Shown here: positions 52,701 to 64,000 of the stretch, piece after piece
How the letters are laid out: every line of letters starts with the position of its first letter
Numbering within the stretch: the first letter of the stretch is position 1
NCBI GenBank assembly: GCA_002269645.1
Contig: NIVC01000181.1
Location: forward strand, 709,693-773,692
Length of the DNA stretch: 64,000 nt
Source: Macrostomum lignano
Taxonomy: Eukaryota
Reading direction: 5' to 3'
Notes under the pieces: generated by a model
Told to the model about the DNA's origin: nothing
Seen by the model: only the letters and a program-made list of their open reading frames with translations
The model's database searches: none
Program-made: the position numbers and the translations under genes

Positions 52701-53272
52701 GCCCGTGTGAGATGGCAACTAAGCTATAAATTAAAAAGTTATGACTACGGAAAAAAATTCAAATTTATTGCCTGTTGAAAACGAGGGTTAATCTTGAAAG
52801 TAAATAAACTCGAGAAGTAAAAGTAACTTTTTGTTGATTAATTTACCGCAGTTAAATAACTTTCGAAAAAGCGAATTTACGTTAATTAACCACAAACACT
52901 TTGTGGGTTAATTTCGGTTAACAAATTAAAACTCGTAAATTAAAGTAAGTGTAAATTTATTAGTGTAAGTGTACAGTTAACGTAAAGTACATGTACGTCA
53001 AGTAGCGTTTATTTACCTAAAATTACGGTAATCAACCTCCAGGGTGTTTACTGGAGTTGCAAGACGCTTGTGCGTGAGAAATGATAGAACTGCAGGCCAT
53101 GCAGACGACAACCAATACTGATTCAATCGGTAAGCACAGTCTCATCAGCTGCGTTAAGTTCCACTCTTCCGGTTTTGTCAGATCGACTACTGCATGCATG
53201 TACTCGTATCAGTAGGGTCAGCGCGTCCTTACGCCTGAGATAGTACTATGAGTTCTTCGCTATACGCTACAG

Positions 53273-53399
53273 AAGACGCACAATGGATCCTCTATGATCA
53301 GTACGGATAGCAGCTCGGATGTACAATGTATGAGCATATCAGACCTAATCCGAGCTATTTGCTATCCGTACTGATCATAGAGGATCCATTGTGCGTCTT
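53273..53399. other. 127-bp hairpin / inverted repeat
   Basis: Perfect 40-bp stem (53273-53312 with 53360-53399), 4-nt bulge, further 8-bp stem, 27-nt loop. Confidence 0.9.
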
Positions 53400-55452
53400 A
53401 AACGCCTCTGGATATCAGGCTCTACTCTGCGTCCCAACGCCAGCATGAGCTAGCGATGTATATATTGTCAGCAGAATGTCAGCGTGTCCCAACATCTGAT
53501 GGGTAACCATGGTTCTTCCAGCGCGTCCCAACGCCTGGATTTTAGAGTAACGTAAAAATGGACGGTATTGGTACTGCACTGACCGCATCCATAATACGCT
53601 CGTAGACAGCAGTCAACACAACAACGCGCGCGCCTTTCACGCCATCAAACCCAGTAAAAAGGGGTAGTCGGAATCCAATCGGAATGTCCGGTCGGAATTT
53701 GTCAGCAAAGTGGCTCGTGCAATCCGATCGTTTTCTGGTCGGAGTTTTCCGATCGGAATGTGACGCTATATCCGACTAAATTACGATTAGGTTGTATTTT
53801 TCAGAAATTTGCTTTTGCGTTGGCTAGCTTGAATAAAAAATAAACAAATCGGTTTTCAAAGTACTTAGCAAAATAATATATTATTTAAAATATTATTCTG
53901 CCTGAAGACTGAAGCACAATAATGATTGGCTATTTAATAATTTACTCAATGCATTGTATATTATGCAATTATAAAGATTACAGTATGCGATGCTGTACCC
54001 TTGTACTGCGCAATGCTGTTACCGATGAAGACATTCAGCCGACTCCCTTGGCTACGAGTGTAGTCGGAGAAGCCACTACTGATAAGGCTCATGCCGTTCC
54101 TTGACATGGCTTGTTCGTACACAAAGGCGCATTCAATGGTATCTATAGCGCCTCGCTGATACATATCGCTTCAAATTTGGGACTATAAGTTTAGGTTTTA
54201 AGATTAATCAAGGATTTGGACTTTTTTCACAATGATAAGCTATGAAAACAGGAATATTGCTATGGGAGCCAAACAACTACGTAACGCGTAGAAACTGCAG
54301 GGTCAATTCGCGGTGCAGGGGGGTTTGGTAGTACAGGCTATAATTAGGTCTCAACTTGCTGTTGCCCCTTGCTGTTTTTGCTCTCTGTTTCAACTATTGA
54401 AATGAAAATATACACGATCTCCGCTTTTCGAATGTGAAAACTATATGAATACAGTCTTTTTCAGTAGAATCTTGACTCGTAACTCTACTAAAGGTTGTAT
54501 ATAGTGTAATCAACTACATGTAGGTTTGGTAATTGAACATATAAATGGTAATGTGCATATAACGTGCTTTGTAAAACTTGGGTGTTGACTCATTTGGCAG
54601 TAGTAGATGAGATTGTACAACTGTACATGTAGTAGGGTTTCGAGTTGTACATGTAATCTTGGTGATTCATACAGAGCGCGCCGGCCGTCTGGGGAATTAA
54701 TGTATGACACTGTGCATGTAGAAGTAGATTAATGCATATTTAGAAGTATGTACTGCGTACATATAGAATTGGGGATAGACATGTACAATGTACAATTTGA
54801 GATAGATAGGGATTAATGCAGTACATGGATTAATGTACATATACGACTACATACACGCATATCACGCTTAGGATAGCGTTTTCATATACTACTTACTTCA
54901 TTTTCGGATAGCAGTAAATTTAGAAATTTAGGGAAATTTCTAGAAATAAATGTAATTCATACTGCATCAAACTTTCGCGAATGTCACTACATCACAATAT
55001 AAAAACACAAATCACTGGCGATCATGTTCATATTTAAATATATTTGATTAAATTTCCAAGGCCATACTACTTCTTTAAGTTGTTATATATTTTGCAGTAG
55101 CATAAAAGTTCGGGGGATCGGAGAAGTGAATTTCAATTAAATATATGAAGATTTTTATTCGGACCGTCGTGTACGTGGTTAGGTAGAAGGGATACCGTAA
55201 CAATTCTTACGGAACCGTACACAGCGTGCATCCACTGTGAGACGTACTGCGATATCTATATATTCTAACGGTTCTCATAACGAGCCATTTAAACTGCGTG
55301 TAGCTGCTTTAGCAGATGCGGATATAGAAAAGACAATATTTACTTTCTCATGTGCTTTCAGACAGCTTCTGTAGCTATTGATATCTATTCAGTACAAATT
55401 GTCAAAGATTAAGCATCGATTTGCGAGTTTAACACATCGGTTTCTTCATAAC

Positions 55453-57198
55453 TCAGTCTTTAAACTTCAATTGACTCACTTCAACAACCACACGTTTCTT
55501 ACAACCGCCGTGCAGTTTCACTTCAAGCCAATGTCGAATCCGAAAGGCAAACCTGAAATATCTGTAGGTCTTCAACGCGGCCAAAAGTCTCAGCAGAGGG
55601 AAAGCAACTTCAAAGTCGCTGTTGCACTTTTGAAACGTCTCGGTAACAAAAGCAATGAGAAAATTCAATAAGTTGAGGCCGACAAGACAGAAAAATAGGA
55701 CGTGAATGAACAGTACCACAGGGCTATCCAAACTGTAGGTTATCATGTTCAGTATTGTCTTGATGGAGGAGTACAGTGACAATGCCGCAGTGTCATAGTC
55801 GGGCGAGTTCACCAGGATAAAGAAATCGAGGCTGAACAATGTTATCCAATAGAACAGCAGAGGCAGCGCCGCAAGGAAGCTGGAAAGCATGCGGTGAAAG
55901 ATGAAGAACAACTTTCCCATTGACCTTGAGACAATCTCCATGTACTGCGCAAAGTGGAGCAGCGTGAACGAAATATACAGCGTGTTAGATCCAACAAAAA
56001 TTTCTCGATAAACGCTGTTTTGTATCGGAGGCAAATGAATGTAAAAATTCGCCTGACCAAGGAAATTCGAAAACAAAAAGAAACAGACGCCGCTACCCAG
56101 AGCGACGCCGAGGTAGACGTCAAATATTGAACGGCGCACAAAGCAGTTCCGACTATACGGGTTGGCAAACGACATTCGTCTTTGTCGTCTCTCGCACATA
56201 AACAACAAAAGTTTACTGATAGCCAGAAAAGCCTGAGCAACCAGCATCAGAGCTATCAGTAAGGTTCCCATCACGGCAGAGCGCGTAATTTGCACACAAG
56301 ATTTCTGCTTTACCTTTTGAGAAAAGAAAAACTCATAGTACAAGGTTGTGTTATAGAGATCTGTCACGTTGTAACCAACGCTCAATGCTGCTTGAAAAGT
56401 TGCTTGATTGCAATGAATCAGGTTTCCAACCGATGCAACTAGAAGCATCAAGGAGTCATTGACGATAGTCATTAGAAAAATCACCGTAGGTACGCTGATA
56501 AATAAAATACGCAGAATGGTAAGAACTTTGGTCTGACGATAAATCAGCCGAAACCACTGTCGAACCAAAGGATCTTCAAGTAGTTTTGACTTTTTCAGCG
56601 CATCGATTTGATTTGTTGAAACAAAGGTGAGCAGTTGTAGAGGGCTCGCTTGGCAGCGGGTGCCGTGACATAGATCATAGTCAGTGAGGTCATACAGACG
56701 CAATGTCCAACTACCCGTTCGACTAACCGAGCTCAGCAAGTAGTTTGGCAGGTGGAGCAGTTTTCGAGCCAGTCGGAATGCGCAATATTTTACGCACGCC
56801 TCGATAGGCCTGAGACCCATCGAGTCTTCCTGCATCACCAGATTCCTCAGCAATTGAGGCTCTTTGCATAGAGTCGCCAAAATTGCAGTCTCGAAGTACT
56901 TTGCAGATTTAAATCTTGGTGCAAAGAGCTGGCAACGGGCCAGGGTGTGCAGCACTGTGCTGCCATCGGGCTCGAGCTGGGCCAGGTATTCGGCGTTTGC
57001 TGTGATTAGGTACTCAAACACGCTGACAGACTGAAGCGCAATAGCCAGGTGAATTGCATAGGCAAACTGTAGACTAAGAAATTCCCAATTCTGCTTTCTC
57101 TTTCCTAATGGGCAGCATCGTCCTAGACAGTGCATTGATGAATCGGGTGGCACATCAACTAGCCGTTGAGCCATCTTGCTCGGCAGCTCAGCTCCCAT
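55453..57198 (-). CDS. Divergent TRPV-like cation channel (ankyrin repeats plus 6-TM), single long exon of 581 aa or more
   Basis: Ankyrin-like DGSTVLHTLA and MGLRPIEAC; TRPV-like LYDLT...SPLQLL; about six hydrophobic segments; pore-helix-like LSLYSSIKTILNM; S6 GLNLLNFLIAFVTETF resembles TRPV LLLNMLIALMGET. The frame is open upstream to a possible acceptor at 57298. Confidence 0.78.
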   Translation of the reverse strand: MGAELPSKMAQRLVDVPPDSSMHCLGRCCPLGKRKQNWEFLSLQFAYAIHLAIALQSVSVFEYLITANAEYLAQLEPDGSTVLHTLARCQLFAPRFKSAKYFETAILATLCKEPQLLRNLVMQEDSMGLRPIEACVKYCAFRLARKLLHLPNYLLSSVSRTGSWTLRLYDLTDYDLCHGTRCQASPLQLLTFVSTNQIDALKKSKLLEDPLVRQWFRLIYRQTKVLTILRILFISVPTVIFLMTIVNDSLMLLVASVGNLIHCNQATFQAALSVGYNVTDLYNTTLYYEFFFSQKVKQKSCVQITRSAVMGTLLIALMLVAQAFLAISKLLLFMCERRQRRMSFANPYSRNCFVRRSIFDVYLGVALGSGVCFFLFSNFLGQANFYIHLPPIQNSVYREIFVGSNTLYISFTLLHFAQYMEIVSRSMGKLFFIFHRMLSSFLAALPLLFYWITLFSLDFFILVNSPDYDTAALSLYSSIKTILNMITYSLDSPVVLFIHVLFFCLVGLNLLNFLIAFVTETFQKCNSDFEVAFPLLRLLAALKTYRYFRFAFRIRHWLEVKLHGGCKKRVVVEVSQLKFKD

Positions 57199-57350
57199 GG
57201 CCTGGATGAAGGCGTCCGCATCGTCCTTAGCCAGAGCGCTCAGCGCTGCTTCATTTGCCGACTCCAGTTTCTGATTTGAGGATTTTCGACTGCAACTCTG
57301 AAGGAACTTCTTTTTGGAGCTTTACCGCTATGGTTTACCTATCTCCTGAA

Positions 57351-57516
57351 CCAGTCAGTTTGATGATTGACAGAGTTCAGTAGCAGCCTTAAGTATACAC
57401 AGCGTTTGCACTTATCCACTTAGCTAAGTGCCCCAGTCAGTTTGATGATTGACAGAGTTCAGTAGCAGCCTTAAGTATACACAGCGTTTGCACTTATCCA
57501 CTTAGCTAAGTGCCCC
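57351..57516. repeat. Perfect 82-bp tandem duplication
   Basis: CCAGTCAGTTTGATG... starts at 57351 and 57433; each copy ends in the palindrome CACTTAGCTAAGTG. Confidence 0.92.
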
Positions 57517-57856
57517 AAAAGTCATCAGAAAATTGATTTATTACTTGGACACACAAAACTTCCTGCCAACGCTTTGCTGTGAGTAAACACACAGAGAATG
57601 TGACGATTGCCGGTCAGAGCTCTGGCAGATCCAACTAGCTGCTACTGAAATAGGCGGGTTGCAGGGTTTGCCATTACAGACTGAACTAATAATGCCAGTA
57701 TTTGTCTCAGCCACGCAGTCCGAAGTGGATAAAGTCACGCAATTGTTTATTAGCTTATGCTTCAGCTGATTAAGCTGGAAAAAAACTGGCTGGGCAGTGT
57801 GCCGGCTTTCAATGGGGCAGCTATACTTGAAATAATTACACCAACTGTAGTGTCCA

Positions 57857-58020
<164 letters not shown>

Positions 58021-59406
58021 TCTACAGTCTAAAATATGTCTAAAATAGCTACAATTTTGCGGATGCGATAAACGGTACTTGTTTAAAGGTGCAAAAAATC
58101 TGTCTAATCAGTGACGCAAATATTATGCAAGCAAATATCTGATTTACAAGCAGACATTGCCTGACGATTAGAAAGTCAGTGCCGCTGTACACCCTGTGTG
58201 AGCGTGTGTACGAGTGTGGGCCTGCGTACAGTATTGGCGCGCTTGCGTGTGCTTGGGAGTCAACAAAAATGGATAGAATTGCCTCAGCTCTGTGATTTGT
58301 GGGATGATGATGTCGCCGAAGGCCTTGCGCCAGGGTGCATTGAAGGAAATACATTCAGAAACACAAATATATTTAATTTATTAACTATTTCAATGACAAA
58401 AATACTCTTAGTTAATAGTTGGACCAGGTCAGCTTTGTCGGTAAGAGCAGTGAGACTCGGCACTTCAGCCCTGCTGCTTGCCAACCCACCGTGGCACTAA
58501 CGCGCAGGCGGTAGGCCGGCAACCAAGTAGGGTCGCATCGAACGCGCAGGCCCTGGTGACAATGCCCTGACTATAAACCCAAAAGGATAGAAGCAGGACG
58601 ACACATACGGTTGTTGGCATTTTTGGTCGCTCTAGGCGACTTCACACATTCACGAATTACGTTGTATATTTGACTTGGGATGTGGAAGAAGCGCAGGGAC
58701 GGCTGTAGCGGCTTGATGGCGGTGCGAGCGCAAATCATTAACACAAAATTGGGGTGGGGCTTAAGCTGTAGGGTAAGAGAAACGGCGGGTGGGGCTGAGG
58801 TAGAGAGAGAATCGACTGCAGCCACGCTAAGCACAATGGGGTGCAGCCAATGCAGTGACCACGGGGAGCAAGTAATTTAAATAAGGGGAGAGGATATAGC
58901 AGGGCAGGGGTGGGGCAATTAAACCAACTCAAGGGAACAGGTCCAGTGCAGCGGTACCAAAATGCAGTAAGGTACTTTATGCTCAAGAAGATACAGCTAA
59001 CAATAAGTTACGAGTAGGGAGGACATTGGGAGGGACACACAGACACACAGACTGGAGGAGATAAGACAAAACATTGGGGCGGCGCACCGAGGGCCAGGAT
59101 TAGGAGCTCCAAAGTATATACAAAAGCGACAATGGAAGGTAATAAAGTATAGTACGGTCAAATGCATCATTAGATCACAACATTGAAAAGCAAAGAGGAA
59201 CTGAATTTGCAATTAAACGGAAAAATGCCGTTAAGCAGGATTGAATTAAAATAATTCTCGAAACGGCAAATTTTAGGTTCCCAGTCGGTGCGAATTGCTG
59301 GTGTCCTTCTGCAGCGAACCTTTCGCCGAGGCGTAGTTTAAAAGTCGGATCTGCAGTGGTTCAGTGAGTGGCGTGTTTAGTCCATGATGACCGTTGCTGC
59401 ATGACG

Positions 59407-61297
<1,891 letters not shown>

Positions 61298-61614
61298 CGC
61301 TCTTTTTTTAGTTAATTTTTAATCAGTGAGGAGTGTACTTATACAAGAATAATCCGATAATTTTAAGGACGCATTACGGACTTGACAGATGCATTCATAG
61401 TATTGAATCAACACATACGAGCGTAGTTGTAGGTTCTTTGATCCCGCCATTAAAAGAGGCCATTTTAGCGGGATCACACAAAATTTAAATCAGTTTTCGT
61501 CGCTTTGACACATCTCTGACAGATAGGCACCAAATAGATTACCTTTTCCCCAGCCTGCTGACCCACTACCGAAGGCGGCGATGCGTCATTGACACATCTC
61601 TGACAGCTAGGCAC

Positions 61615-62092
61615 TGTAAAGGCTCAATTAATTGCGAATGGAGAAAAAGGTTAGGCGTCCACTTAGCCTTGCGTGCTATTATATATTGTGATCGATCGAT
61701 ATGCAATACGATGTACATAATGCTAGAAGGCCCAAAGCTCAAGCCGATTGGCTGCAGAGGAGAGAAGAACTGAATGGTGTGGGGGTTTGAATATTGCAAG
61801 GGCCAAAGGGTTAAGTTGGCTGGCGAGAGAGAGAGTACATTGAACAGCGGGGCTGACAAGGGCGCGCAGCGCACGGGGACGGCTCACATCCTTCCCCGAG
61901 CGGATTAAAACAGGAATTAAAAACGTATTGGATGGCAGCTGTCAGAGCGCGAGCGTTTGCGGAAAGCAGACTGATGGATAGACATAAAATCGGTATTGGG
62001 TTATTGTAATATTTTTTCACGGAATAAAACAATTGGGCGAAAGAAAATTATACAAGAGATAAAAAAAATTGCATTAGCCGCATGGCGGATCA
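61615..62092 (-). mobile_element. Candidate 3' LTR of the gypsy element (TG...CA)
   Basis: Polypurine tract GGGGGGGGGA (62102-62093) directly followed by TG at 62092. The end ...TTTACA at 61615 is a guess because the 5' LTR lies outside the window. Confidence 0.45.
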
Positions 62093-62256
62093 TCCCCCCC
62101 CCACTACAAAAGCGCGATCAACCAGTAGCAGTTAAAAAAAGATGATGAGTAAATAAACGCTGTCAAAATGAGTAAAGGCAATGCAAAATTCACTTGTCAC
62201 AGTATAAGTCAAGTCAGTCAATCATTGAAAAAAATTTCAGCGAACCGATCAGATAT

Positions 62257-64000
62257 TCAGATTCCTTGGTCGACCTTTGCACGCGCGTGGATGCGCGCGC
62301 TGGGCGATCGCCTCCGGTGGTTGCTCGCCGCAGTCTGGCGTCTGTGGGGCCGGCAGCGGGGGCGTGAACGGTGGCGGTTGCGACTTTCCACCACGAGCCG
62401 CTTTAGATCCGTGATGTGGCGCATGCAGGACTCGCGTCCTCTGTGCAGCACGAGCGAGTCTCCCTGCACTTTCGCGACGACCCAGGCCTCTGGTTCGAAG
62501 GGTGTTTCTCCTTTCGTGGCCGGTCTCCGTCGTCGCAGCACCAGGTCGCCGGACTTGATGCTGTGGCTGGCGGCTCTCCTGCGGCTGTCTGCGTTGCGCG
62601 TCATTCGTTGCTTAGCGGCGTTGTCACGAGCTCTGACTGCCGCTAGGTTCCGTGGCTGCTGGCTGCGCTGCTGCACGCTGGGAATGCAGTCCTGCACTTG
62701 TCGTTGAAACATGAGCTCCGCGGGCGTCGCCCCGGTGCTTGTTTGCGGCGTGTTCCGGTATGCCTCCAGCCAGTCCTGTAGGGCGGCCCGCCAGTCGGAC
62801 GGCTCAATACTTGCGATGCGCACGATTTTGTTAATGGAGCGGTTGACGCGTTCCGTGACCCCGTTAGCCGCTGGGTGGTATGGAGTGATGAGGCGGTGCT
62901 GCACGCCGTTGCTGCTGAGAAACTCCTTGAAAGCTTGCGAGCTGAGCGGCGGTCCATTGTCGGAAACGAGTTGAGCTGGTCTGCCCAATGTGGCGAACAG
63001 GCTCCGCAGCTGCTTGGTAACGGACTCGGCTGTCATGGACGACATGCTGATGATGATCGGGTATCGGGAGAAGTGATCTACTAGGACGAGAAGATGTCGG
63101 TTGTGCACCGGCCCGGTGAAGTCGATGCCCAGTGTGTGCCAGGCGTAGGGTGGCAGCGGCGTTGTCTGCAGATGTGCTGCTGGGATTTCGGCTTGATGGC
63201 TCGCAGCTTGGCAGGGGAGGCAGGTGTTGCACATCCGCTGTGCTTGCCCCGCCATGCCCGGCCACCAGACCTTCGCTGACAGTCTGGCTTGCGTCTTCTT
63301 TTCTCCCTGGTGCCCTTGGTGAGCGAGCCGCAGCACAGTCTGCTGGAGTGCCTCGGGAACGACTATCCGCTGGCCTCTCAGCAGAATCCCATCCGTCACG
63401 GAGAGCTCCTGCCTGACTACGTGCAGGGATCGCAGCGCTGCATCTCGGATGTCCCAGTCGCTACCGCGAAGTGCCGATACGGCTGCTTGGAGCACTCCGT
63501 CTGTTGCTGTTGCGTCTTTAATCTGCTGCAGCGACAGCCCTTTTGGGGTCGCCTCCTTGGTGATGCTGTTGATGTAGCGGTTATCGCGGAGTTCGCTGAC
63601 GCTGGCTGCCGCCATAGACGAGCAGGGCTGCCGGCTGAGGACGTCGCTCGGATTAGTCGCACCTGGCCTGTACACTATTTCAAACATCAGGTCCTGAATG
63701 CTCAGCGCGATCCTTTCGATCCTTGGTGGTGGGCGCGATCCTGGCTTGAAGAGGTGCACCAGCGGCTTGTGATCCGTAACGACACGGAAGCCCGGTGATC
63801 CGCTGAGGTAGTGGCGGAAGCGAATGCAGCCGAATTTGACGGCGAGGGCTTCCCTCTCCGTTTGAGAATAGCGGGTCTCGACGGCTGTTAGTGCACGACT
63901 TGCGTAGGCGATGGGCCTGAGACTGCCGTCCGGCTGCTGCTGACTAAGGACTGCTCCGAGTCCTGTGGGGCTGGCGTCCACGATCACCTCGGTTGGTCTT
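62257..64000 (-). mobile_element. Ty3/gypsy LTR retrotransposon pol (RNase H plus integrase), truncated by the window edge
   Basis: Uninterrupted ORF: IVDASPTGLGAVL and YSQTEREALA and VVTDHKPL (RNase H), AHQGHQG...CNTCLPC (HHCC), GIDFTG / LVSDNG / NGVTERVN (D,D35E integrase). RH-before-INT order is the gypsy arrangement. Confidence 0.95.

Noticed and set aside
51700-52750. CpG-rich segment as the DENND6 promoter or a plus-strand first exon (GTAAGT at about 52605)
   Set aside because: Plausible but direction and boundaries cannot be set from sequence alone.
55090-55330. Possible snRNA / spliced-leader RNA gene
   Set aside because: I could not match an Sm site plus leader or a known snRNA sequence.
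58049-58500. Candidate upstream ankyrin exons for the TRPV-like gene
   Set aside because: No frame gives a convincing ankyrin consensus with compatible splice sites.
61439-61476. Small hairpin resembling a Helitron 3' end
   Set aside because: No CTRR terminus at the expected distance and no other Helitron features.

Overview
Eukaryotic (metazoan) genomic DNA: GC-rich spliceosomal exons separated by introns full of mini- and microsatellites. The style (GC-rich poly-Gln/Ala exons, (GTCT)n arrays, a different minisatellite in most long introns) fits a free-living flatworm such as Macrostomum, but this is an inference. I built exon models by hand on the minus strand for: a RhoGAP (5' exon only), a complete 22-exon long-form ABCC/MRP transporter (about 1562 aa, whose frame closes only with a 7-nt microexon), an orphan single-pass membrane protein, UBA2/SAE2 (622 aa), DENND6 (608 aa), a divergent single-exon TRPV-like channel and a Cys-less pentameric ligand-gated channel. 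The 3' end of an intact Ty3/gypsy pol runs off the right edge. All seven genes and the retroelement are on the minus strand. Mobile DNA also includes a 1.5-kb foldback element, a CORE-like SINE, a mariner relic and a diverged MITE. The most interesting signals are: (1) the ABCC linker microexons next to a tandem array of splice-site units; (2) two sharply bounded CpG-depleted domains holding decayed elements and a deamination-killed pseudo-exon; (3) a 51-bp inverted copy of an identifiable minisatellite segment inserted 3.8 kb away; (4) the Cys-less channel and TRPV-like channel side by side. All counts and repeat boundaries were read by eye and are approximate. No database searches were run.
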